Origin: Amoebophrya sp. A120
Taxonomy: Eukaryota; Protista; Dinoflagellata
Length of the DNA stretch: 64,000 nucleotides
Direction of reading: 5' to 3'
Assembly: GCA_905178155.1 (NCBI GenBank)
Contig: CAJINV010000004.1
Location: 4,195,555 to 4,259,554 of the forward strand
The number at the start of each line of letters is the position of its first letter. Within the stretch, counting starts at the first letter, position 1. Shown here one piece after another: positions 1-11,300 of this stretch. The notes under the pieces were generated by a model that saw only the letters and a list, made by a program, of their open reading frames with translations, was not told where the DNA came from and searched no databases. The position numbers and the translations under genes are program-made.

Positions 1-397
1 TCCCTGCCAGCCAAAGCCACTAGGGCCCATAGGCAGGCTGGCAGGCTGGCGCCCTGTGCGGTCGCCCCGGGTACCGGCCAGGGGGCCGGCCAGGCAAGAC
101 GGCGGCGGCTGCTGCCTTTGCAAGACTGCGCCTTCTTCGCGCCACATTCATTGGCTGCGCACAGGCTCGCTTCCTTGGGTGGCCCAGCGCGGCTGCAGGT
201 GGTGTGCCACCTGGCCCGGGAGGGGGTGCGGGATATACTTTCCTTCGGCCGGCGGCCTTGTCGTGCGCAGAATGTCTTGCCGGCGGGGGGCTCTTTGAAA
301 ACTTGGGGGCGAGGCGGGAAAACGGACAAAAGGGGCATCGGAATCTTGCGGCAGAAATTGCGCACAAAAAAATCGACTTTGTTGAAAGTGAGCAACT

Positions 398-630
398 AAG
401 CCTGTTCGCAAAAATCTCGCAAAAATTTGGCCCCCCTCTCGCAAAAATCTCGCAAAATTACTAAGCCTGTTTGACCATGAAAAATTGGAAATCAGGCGAA
501 TCGATTTTCGTCATATGCAATTTTTAAGCCTGTTCGCAAAAATCTCGCAAAAATTTCGCAAAAATCTCGCAAAAATCCGGCATCCTTTTTTTGCAAATTT
601 CGCAGAAATCTCGCAAAAATCTCGCAGAAT
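398..630. repeat. Imperfect ~11-bp tandem repeat (CGCAAAAATCT), two blocks plus a remnant at ~1297-1335
   Basis: AAGCCTGTTCGCAAAAATCTCGCAAAAATTT at 398 and 526; the unit recurs through 630 and near 1310. Confidence 0.8.
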
Positions 631-2342
631 TCCCGGGGAAGCGAAAAAACCCAAGAGGCCTGCCGCTTTTTGTGTGTTGTCCCGCTCCCAGCCTGGACCA
701 GGGGGTGGCCATGGCCCGGGGCGCCGACCTTTGGCCCCGCGCGCGCGCGGCCCAGGCAGGGGGCGGGCCATGTGGGTGGCGCCGCCCGCCTAGGCACGGG
801 CTCCGCGAGGTACCGGCGCCAAGGAAGGGCTCCGGGCCACGCACCCACTAAGTGGATTTATTTGTGGGGTGGTCCGGCGGGCTTCGCGTGGTCGCTGTGC
901 TTGCAAGCGAGCCGGCGGCCGGGTGGCGCGGCTGCGTGCCAGCCAGCCGGGTTTTTTTTGTTTGGCGGCCCGCGGTGTTCTATTATGGAGCGCCCTCTCG
1001 GGGGCGCGCGCTGGCATGGGTTTGGCCGCACGCAGAGAACAACCCAACGACGGACACCCCAGGTCGGTGGCCCGCTTTGCCTTCGCCCCATTCCTCGCTC
1101 TATTGGGCCTTGGCGCGCCTTCTATGGAAAGGCGACCACGCCAGCGGGCTCAATTTTGAGCCCGGTGGTATGGTTGATCCCCCTTTGCCGGGCTTGCGCG
1201 CTTCGCCTCTTGCCCCGGGGTTTCGGCCTGCTCTTTGGGGCGTGTGTGTCTTGTTGTGCCGTGACTAGCGTGGCGCCAGCCGCAAAACTGCTAAACTCGC
1301 AAAAGCCTCGCAGAAATCTCGCAAAATTGGGCCCCGCTCCGTTAACGCAGATTTTGTTTGTAACTACAGCTACAGGTGATGATCTACTTTCGATCTCGTC
1401 CAGGTGATGATGTACTAATTCGATCTTGGTTTGCGGTGGATTCTAGCCAGATACGATGACGAAAAGATGAAGAATGCATGAATTTCTGACAACTCGTCCT
1501 CGTGATTGTACTTGTAGTGGTTTTCAACGAAATATTAAAGGAACAAGTGCGACGAGCGGTGGATCGTCGTGACAACGCGTGATTTAAATAAAATCTCGGA
1601 ACAGCCAACAAGTTCTTGTACCGCCGTAGTTGCCTTATCGTTCGCAGCTTCAATCATCGGGTGGAGAAGTAGCAGAGTCGTTGGATTTATTTTAACTTGA
1701 TCTACTTCCAAAATGATCTTCGTGATGGTCGTGATAAAATTGAATCGGATTCATATCGTCGTGGATAGTGCAGGAACATGTTGCGTTTTTTTCTTCGGGA
1801 AATGATCTCTCGTCACTCGCTTGCTTGCATGCTAAGGGTGCACATCATGCAGCTTCCTCGTCGAGAAGAAACAAGGCTATCTTCAGCGTCGAATTGTTTA
1901 TTCGGTTGAGGATCGTGCTACTTTCGAAATACAATATGCCACCTCGTCGGGCGCTTTCTCGTAGTAAGTTCTAGAAGTGCTTACTTCTTTTTATGATTTG
2001 AAAAGAAGATGAAGTATTGGCTCAATTACTCGTAGCGAGAAGAAGAAGTAATTTCCTGTAGATGAACAAGGTACAAAGCGTTTTTTGACCGGACGAAGAC
2101 GAATTGGGTCAGCCCTTTGTGTCGCCGCTCGTCAACACGACGACGTCCTTTTAGTATTTTGGGCAGAAGTTTATACATCAGCCTGCTAAGATAGATGAAT
2201 CGATGAACAACAATAAAGATTCAGAATAAGATGAATTGTTACAGGATGAAGTAGTTGAAGATTATTTGCCTGGAAACAGCGATAACGCCGAGCAGGAGCA
2301 GAACGCCTAGAACAAGTACATCAGATATTACCAGTACTACAG

Positions 2343-5300
2343 ACCCTGACGCACTTCTGGTGTCCGAACAAGCTGCCGCAGTATGGTAACAAGGATAGGG
2401 ATACTAGCAGCGAATGGAGAAAGTTTAAGGTATACAACTACACGACGAGGACCAGGAGGAGCACCATAACTTGAAAAACTTCGCAGATAATTATACCGAC
2501 TTCTACTTCGTCAGACGGTTTCATATAACTTCCTCTACGCGACTGACACTGACCCGTGGCGGTTCGAAAGAAAGAAGTACAACTTGATTATTTTTATTGT
2601 TCACGCCGCCGAGCTCTGGCACTGGACCTTGCCGAGTCATCTCACACGCCTTCTAGCGAATTGTTCGGAAAAGCTGCCATCATGTTGTTGTGCGACCGGC
2701 GTTTGTTGTCGTACAACCGCGAGTATCCTGTGCAAAAGTATCGTACTCGTAGCAATCGCGTTTATGCATTGCAAATCTCTTTCTCAAGGTAAATCAGCAC
2801 TACAAATTCAGTTTGTAATGCTGGGCTAATTTGTAATGCAATTTATACTAGTGCGATGCTTTTGCAGAGGATAGCTCGGAAGAGCAGTTGCAGCTGGACC
2901 AGCGGCCCACGATCCTGGAGCGGATGTGCGAGTATCAGCGGGACATTCAGGACCTGGAGCGCAAGATGAACAAGTGCAACCAGATTTTGCGCAAGCCCCT
3001 GCTGCCCATCCGCGACCGGAAACTTTGGATCGACAACGCGATCCGCGACAAGGTACTCAACCGCAAAAGCGCCAAGCCACGCGAAGACATCGTGAAGGAA
3101 TTGCAGGCTCCACCGACGGGTGCGGCAGCGGCCGAGTTGGAAATACCGTTGCCCACCAGGACTTCGCAAGTACTTGAGTGATTCTGATTCATTACCAGCA
3201 CGGCAGGTGGTTTTTGTATAGCCATCATCATGATCATGCAACGAAGAAGAGCGTGCAAATTCACGTGCTTGCGAACGAGACATTCTTGGTGGAGTCAACA
3301 ACGTCCTCTCCAGGAATTATGGATTAGATCCACAGCCACAATAGTTAATACTAACCGTACGTAGTTTTTTTGTTTGCTTTTGTAGTCCAAAATAAAATAG
3401 CATTTGCATTACATTTAGAATTACAAACCCGCAGCAGCGCAAGTCCGCGACCATTCAGTCCCGCGGTCCGGCTACAGCTGCGCGGGAGGTCCGGCTGGAT
3501 GAGGAGGAGGATGTCTATCCAGGAAAAAACAACCATCCCCATCCATTTTATGCACGACAAACACAGGAACTCATGCATGTTTTGCATGATAAATTGGATG
3601 GGGATGGTTGTTTTTTTGTGGATAATGTCACGGAGGAGCTGGACAGCAGCGTGGCGACGACGTATGGGAGTGTCAGGATTGAAATCGTCAAAGTTGAAAT
3701 AGTTTGTGATGCATAAAATGCTAGACGGAAAGGGCCTGTCTTGCAGAGCAGGCAACAGGCCGATTATAAGTCTGTTTGGGGTGTGAGATAGAGCTGCTAA
3801 AATAGCATGACAAAACCAGTCTTCTCTGCTCAAACAGCATGACAAAATGTATTTCCATGTTCCCAAAATTTGTCATGCGCCACGTGCAAACTGGGCTCCA
3901 GCTTGTATCGCTTTTCTGCATTACAAATCATTTCAACTTTGTCGATTTCAACTCTGACACATCCATACGACGCCCGCCGTGAGTAGTCGTCGCGCTTCGA
4001 AGGTGAAACCCGCCTCAGCGGGGCAGATTTCGGTCCGCCTCTTCCGCTTGAAGAAGCTGAATTACCCGGAGGTCGGCGAGTGCGACTACAGCCTCCGCGT
4101 GGGGTATCCGGATTTTCCTGACACCTGGCTCGAAACCACGCCGAAGCCAAGCGAGACGGGTACAACTAGTTGTACATGAAGTATGGAGCAGAAGTTTCGA
4201 ATTCGACGTTTTCTCTGTTTTGGAAATTTGAGCAGCTGCAGAGAGAGTTACATAATTCAAGATTAATTAACTCATGCTTGTCCTCTTATGTCATCGATTT
4301 TTGCCATCATGGCTGTACAAACTGAGACGTCGAACTCGAAGAACAAACGCTTAGTGTCTGTCGTACAGGTCATCTTTGTCGTACATTGACAACATTCTGA
4401 AAAATATGATTCAAATACCGGAACAATATCAATTCACAGGGACCGACTGCGTGATCCAGCAGCAGCTGGTCCTCGAGCAGTACTCTACGGAGGACCTGTA
4501 TGCAAGAAAAAGAGGCTGTTGTAGGTGTAGCTTGCATTTGCAAATTGGTCGGGCATGTTCATGTTGACAGCAAAAATTTGTCATGCGCAGAAGATAGATA
4601 GTAAGTAAGTAAAACTTACGACGTGCAAACACGTATCTTCAAGCTAGAACTAGAAGCCTATCACGTATATAATCCAGCATCACAAAAAGTGTTGAAGATA
4701 ACTGTCTTGCATACGTCTGCAAGAACACAGAGCTACGCCGGTACCAATCTTTTTGTCGTGCATAGCCTGGTTTTATGCATTGCAAAAGTATCGCACTCTT
4801 ATAAATGCATTACAAATTTCCTCAGCGTGAGAAATTTGTAATGCGGATTTACCTTGAGAAAAAAATTTGTAATGCATGACTGCAATACGAGCGCGATACT
4901 TTTGCACAGTATAGGTTTGCGAGATTCTCGCGAACGGAACGGTGATCGGGCGCACCCGGGCCCGGCCGATATCCAGGAAAAAACAACCATCCCCATCCAT
5001 TTTATGCATCACAAACACAAGACTTCATACATGGTTTGCATGACAAATTGGATGGGGATGGGTTTTTTTCTGTGGATAGCCGAACGAAGCCGACTTCAAA
5101 GACTATCCGATCATGGCCGCGGATGAAACCGTGGGCACGATCGGCGTGCTAATTTACGCTGTGAAGAAGGCCGACACCTCGCGGGCCTCCCAAGCCGTCG
5201 GGTCCCGGACGAGCCTCCGCACGTATCAGACTGTCAGGATTGAAATCGACAAAGGTGAAATAACTTGCAATGCATAGATGCGATACCACTTGGGAGCCCA

Positions 5301-8300
5301 ATTGTTCAGCGGTGCATGATAAATTTCGACGTCATTAAAATCCAGTTTGTCATGCTGTTTAGCGAAAGCAGGCATCCTTTGTCATGCTAGTTTAGAAGCA
5401 GCCCTATCCCAAACCCGAAGCTACAGGTTCACAATCGGCCTCACTTGCTGCAATCCCTGCAAGACAGTCACTTCGTGCCGTGCATTTTATGCATCACAGA
5501 TTGTTTCAACTTTGTCGATTTCAATACCAACACACCCATAGCACGCCGGTCGCGGGTGGCAGTTCCTCGTCGAAGGGACTGGTGCTGCGCGTGGACAAAG
5601 TCGCGGAGATACCAACGGCGGCGTTGAGCAAAAAGCAGGGCGCACTCAGCATATGGACGAGCTCTCAAATGTTACATTTCCAACTCTTACACGAATTTGT
5701 ATTGCAAGAATCGCAAAAGTGAAAGTCAAAGAACGGAGGTCGTTGCACCTGTAGCATTGCAAATTCCGCATGGATAATTTCGGTGCTGTTTAGCCTTTCC
5801 AAAATTTGTCATGCGAAGTAGCTTGATCGTGGCGAAGATGTTGATAGTGATTCTGCATGACAAGAAATCGCGTAGCATTTGAGAATGTAACGCTTGAGAA
5901 CGCCATACAGCATCCGGGCGGGATACGGGACCGATCCGCAGACCTTCAAGTTGAGGACGCAGGAACAGGTTTTTTTTTATACATATGACAAGTCTACTGC
6001 TTCTTTTATTTTAATTATGTATCGCTCTCAGGATGTCTAGAAAAAAAAAATATTATAGAACTTCTAAAAACGCTATAGAGATTCTCACGCATAGACATTC
6101 TGACTCTCATAGATGTTCTCGCTGCTCTTTGTTGAAAACAATAATTGGCACACGGTGCGCGCTTCGGATTTTTGTTTTGGAGGGGCGCGGGCGTCCTCTC
6201 GTATTCTGCCTGCGCTTGGCGCCGGGAAAATGGCATTGCGCCTACCGCGCGCGCTTCCCTAGGCGCCGTCGCTGACAGTGGTGATGGTATGCGCGTGCCC
6301 ATTCTGTATTGCTCTGTGGCCGGGAGAAAAATTTGGAGCGCCGCGCGCACGCAGACACCCTGGCCCGAGCAGGGGGCGGATGCTTCCTTATTTCCTTTTG
6401 CTATCAGGGGCCGGCCGAAAAAAAATTTTCGCGCGCGCCGCGCCCACTCAGGCGCGCGCCATGACCGGGCAGGCGTAGAGGCCCTTCCCTATGCGTGCCC
6501 GGTAGCCGCGCGCTTGCCGAGAATTTTTTTTCGTGCACAGCGCATGCGCAAGCGCTTTGGCCTGAGGGCGTGGAAGGTATTCTTTCGTGTCCGGAAACCC
6601 GGGGCGGGCCGGAAAAATATTCTGCGAGCGCGCGCTGCGTGTGCGCAGACGCCTTGGCGGGGGGGCGCGGAGCGAATGTTTTTTGCGCGTCCAGCAGCGA
6701 GGGCGGCGCGCCGGAAAAAAAAAAGTTGCGCGCGCGCGCATGCGCATGCGCCCCGACCTGAAGGCGCGGAAGCCTTTGGTCGTTCCCAGCTATCGAGGGC
6801 CGCCCGATCGAAAAAAGTCTTTCGCCCGTTGCGCGCCCGCAGACGCCTTTGCCTGTCTGAGGGCGGTTGCCCTCCAGGCGGGGCCTCGGCGGCAAATATT
6901 TGTCGTGCGCTCGCTGCGCGCGCGCAGGCGCCTCGGCCTCGGGGCGCGGAAGGTTTTCGGTGCGTTCGGCAGTCGGGGGCCGTCCGGGAAAAAGTTTGCG
7001 CGTGTTGCGCGCACGCAGACCGCCCTGGCCTTGGGTGAGCGTGGGAGGTGCCTCTCCATGGCCGGCTAAAAGGCGTTGACCGGAAAAAACCTCGCGTGGG
7101 TGCGCCGCGCGCATCCTCACCATGTACGGCGTCAGGGTGTGGGCTGTTTTATTTTTTTCGCGCCCCGCGATCGGGGGCCGGCCGGTAAAAAATTTTCCGC
7201 GCGCACAGCGCGCGCACGCCTTGGCCCGAGGGTGTAGAAGATCTTTTGCTCGCCCGGTGGTCGGGGGCTTGTCGAGAAAAATTTTTCGCGAGCCGCGCGC
7301 GCACAGTAGTTTTCTTTTGGCCCACAGGCGAGGAAAGTCTTTTCCGCAACCGGGCGCCAGTTGAAAACAAATTTTCGCGCGCGCGCGCCTGCGCGCGCGT
7401 CTTCCTTGGCCTGAGGGCGTGCGTAGACGCTCTTTTTCACGCCCGGCGGGGGTCGGGGGCCTGTCGAGAAAAAATTATCGCGCGTTGCGCGCGCGCGGGC
7501 ACATTAGTTTTCTTTTGGCCCGTAGGCGATGAAATTTTTTCTCGCAACCGGGGGCCAGCTGAAAAAAAATTTTCGCGCGCGCGCGCGGAGCGCGCGCGTC
7601 TTCCTTGGCCTGAGGGCGTGCCTGGGCGCTCTTCTTCACGCCCGGCGGCCGGGGGCCTGTCGAGAAAATATTTTCGCGCGTTGCGCGCGCGCGGGCACAT
7701 TAGTTTTCTTTTGGCCCGTAGACGAGGAATTTTTTTTCCGCAACCGGGGGCAAGCTGAAAAAAGACTTTAGCGCGCGCGCGCGCCTTCCTTGGCCCGCGG
7801 GCGTGCGTGGAAGGTTTTCTTCTCACCCGGAGGTCGGGGGCTTGTCGAGAAAAAATTTTCGCGCGCTGCGCGCGCGCGGACGCATTAGTTTTCTTTTGGC
7901 CCGTAGGCGAAGAAATTTTTTTCCGCAACCGGGGGCCAGCTGAAAAAAAACTTTAGCGCGCGCGCGCTGCGCGCGCGCGCCTTCCTTGGCCCGAGGGCGT
8001 GCCTGCGTGGAAGGTTTTCTTCTCACCCGGAGGTCGGGGGCTTGTCGAGAAAAAATTCCCGCGCGCTGCGCGCGCGCGGACGCGTTAGTTTTCTTTTGGC
8101 CCGTAGGCGAGGAAATTTTTTTCCGCAAGAAATTTTGTTTCCGCAACCGGGGACCAGCTGAGAAAAAATTTTCGCGCGCGCGCACAGCGCTCGCGCGCCT
8201 TCCTTGGCCTGAGGGCGTGCTTGGAAGGTTTTCCTCTCACCCGGAGGTCGGGGGCTTGTCGAGAAAATATTTTCGCGCGCTGCGCGCGCGCGGGCGCATT

Positions 8301-11300
8301 AGTTTTCTTCCGGCCCGTAGGCGAGGAAATTTTTTTCCGTAAGAAATTTTTTTCCGCAACCGGGGGCCGGCTGAAAAAAAACTTTAGCGCGCTGCGTGCG
8401 CGCGCGCGCCTTTCTTTGCGTGGGTGAGTCAGTGGCTTGAGACTTTTTTTCACGCCCGGCGGCCGGGGGCTTGCTGGAAAAAAAATATCGCGCGCTGTGC
8501 GCGCACACATGTTGGCCAGGGGGCGCGGCGAGGTGTTGCTTGCACCCGGCAACCGGGGCTGCCGGAAGAAATAGAGCAAATTTTCGCCACCGCCCCCTGC
8601 CCGCCCGCAGGCGCCGGCCTTGGTCTGCGGGCGGGCGCGGAGGTTTTTTTCGCGCCGCCCCCTCGGGGTCTTGCCGGGAAAATATTCGCGGCGCGCAGGC
8701 GCCTTGTTCTGGCGCGCTTTTGCTTGCGTCCGGCGTCCGGGCAGTCCCGGAAACGACTTTCGCGCGCCGCGCGCGCGCAGCCGCCTTAGCTTGAGATGGG
8801 CGCAGAAAGTTTTTCTTCAATATGAGGAAAGCTGTTCGCCTGCTAGCAAGGTGATGACGATGGTGATGAATCGCGCGCGGCTACCGGGTGTTGGCCGGAA
8901 AAAAACTTACCGCGCGCTGCGTGCGCATAGTGGCCGTGGCGTTAGAGGGTGGGCGGGGCCGCTTCTTTCGTGTCCACGATTGGGGGTTTGCCGGAAAAAA
9001 AATTCCGCGCGCTCCGCGCGCGCAAGCCTTTGTGTGGAGCCTTTCTCTCCGCCCGGCATTCGTTGAGCTCGGCGCGCTGGATGGAGGATTTCTTCCGGAT
9101 TTCTATCGGATTTTTCTGTTTAAAAAAAATTTTTTTTTGTTTAGCTTTGTTGCCTTTGTCGATTTCGCTAGCGCTTTTGTCGCCGTCTCCGCTCGTCGTT
9201 AGGGCCATGCGCTTGCTTTTCGTCTTTGTTCGCTTGTGGGGCTCAGGCACCTCCGCCGGCGCGCATCTTCGCGAGGTTTGGGCGCCTTTCGGGCTCGCGG
9301 GTGGCGGCTGCGGGTGTGCTTTCGCCTCTGGCTTGGCGGCCTCGTCGCGTAGATTTCTACGTCTTGGACATGAAGATGTCTACGTCTTTGTCTTCTCCCG
9401 GATATGGTCCGGATTTCTCTGAATTTAATAATTCGGCGCGATCCGGATTTCCTAAGCCAGTAAGTCTGGATTTCTATACGCCGCGTTGAAAATATATGAA
9501 TTCGTGGTAGGTCTGGATTTCTAATATCTGCACTTTCCCGCCCCGCCTCTTTTCCGCCGCCTCCGCGGATTCGCGAGAAATCCTGGCGGGCAAGGCGAGG
9601 CGTCGGGGGGGTCCGGCGAAGGAGGTCCGAGAGAAATCCGGGAGAAAATCTGCGGGCGTCCGGGCGACGGCGACCGAGGAGAACCACAAAGGGGGGAGGC
9701 CCATCACCCAGGCGGAGGCCACCGGCTGCCCGCGCCCGCATTCGGGCGGACCTTTGTGGTCGGTCTGGCCTTGCGTTTTTCTTCTTGTGCGTGATCGGCG
9801 GGCAAGGAGCCGGCCGGAAAGCGGAGCGCGCGCCCCCGCCTTCCGAGAGAAATCCTAAGAAATCCGGAAAGCGGCGCCCATCCAGGCGCGCCCAGCTCAA
9901 CATTCGGGGGCGGGCTGGCGAAAATTTTTCGCGCGCGCGCGCGCACATGTTGGCCCGGGGGCGCGGTTGGGGACTTTTTGCGGACCCGCCCCCCTTCCGG
10001 GGCCGGCCCGGCTGAAAGAAAGAATAAAGTAAATTGTTCGCGCGCTGCGCGCACGCAACCTCCTTGGCCTCCGGGCCCGGGGCGTTTTTTTCGCGCCTAG
10101 CAGCCTGTGGCCGGCCTGGAAAAACTTTTTGCGCGTAACTTCCTTGGCCTGCGGGCCCGGCCGGAGTGTTTTTTCCGCGTCCAGCCTTTCCTTGGAGGCC
10201 CGCAGGGGAAAAAAAATTTTGCGCGCTGCGCGCACGCAGGCACATTGCCCCGGGGGCGCGGGGCGTTTTTTTCGCGTCCGGCCGTTGCTGGCTTGCCGGT
10301 CGGAAAAAAAGATCGCGCACTGCGCGCACGCAGGCAGACTGGCCCGGGGGCGCGCACGCAGGCAGACTGACCCTTATGCCTTACCTGCAAAGAGCAAGGG
10401 CCTCGCCGTCCTTTTTTCGCATCTTTTCACTGTAGGTGAGCGCCCAGCTCCTCGGGGGGCCTAAGCGTCCGGCTTCTCGTAGCCGGAGAAGCTGGGCTTC
10501 CAGCTTCTCGTAGCCGGAGAAGCTGGCCTTCCAGCTTCTCGTAGAGCCGCCCGGGGAAGCTGGACTGTCAGCTTCTCGTAGAGCCGGGGAAGATGGACTT
10601 TCAGCTTCTCGTAGAGCCGGGGAAGCTGGACTTTCAGCTTCTCGTAGAGCCGGGGAAGCTGGACTTTCAGCTTGTCGTAGAGCCGGGGAAGCTGGGCTTT
10701 CAGCTTCTTGTAGAGCCGGGGAAGCTGGACTTCCAGCGTCTCGTAGAGCCGGGGAAGCTGGGCTTTCAGCTTCTTGTAGAGCCGGGGAAGCTGGACTTCC
10801 AGCGTCTCGTAGAGCCGGGGAAGCTGGACGCCCAGCTTCTCGTAGAGCCGGGGCAGCTGGACTTCCAGCTTCTCGTAGAGCCGGGGAAGCTGGACTTCCA
10901 GCTTCTCGTAGAGCCGGGGAGGCTGAGCTGCCGGCTTCTCGCAACCAGGGAAGCTGGACTGTTAGCTGCTCGGAGCAGGAGTGCTGGCGTTCTGGCTGCC
11001 AGAATCTAGAAGCTAGATTTCTAGATTTCTAGAACCTAGAAATCTAGATTTCCAGACTTCTAGATTTCTAGATTTCTAGACATCTAGTTTCTAGATTCTT
11101 GGCCGCCAAAGTCTAGAAACAAATCTAGAGGCTACGGAACCCAGAACCGCTATCCCAATAGACGTTCTGGGGTCAGAAGCTCTATTGCAATAGACGTTCT
11201 GACTCCAGAACCTCTATTGTGATAGAGGTTCTGGGTCCAGAAGGTACGAGATAGAGCTTCCCAAGCTAGAAAATGTCAAGAAACAGTGAAAAGATTAGAA

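Noticed and set aside
1-1407. GC-rich ORFs at the window start
   Set aside because: Low complexity and repeat derived; no recognisable protein
2014-2025. TTGGCTCAA (and reverse TGGCTCAAG near 25395) as dinoflagellate spliced-leader relics
   Set aside because: Only about 9 matching bases; expected by chance
6145-10464. Many overlapping Arg/Ala-rich ORFs of 100-376 aa
   Set aside because: Stop-poor GC satellite, open on both strands, no domain signature
10470-10960. 33-bp repeats as a CRISPR array, or as the coding repeats LDFQLLVEPGK / REAGSPASPAL
   Set aside because: Head-to-tail with no unique spacers and no cas genes; the open frames follow from the unit length being a multiple of 3, and the array lies within an intron
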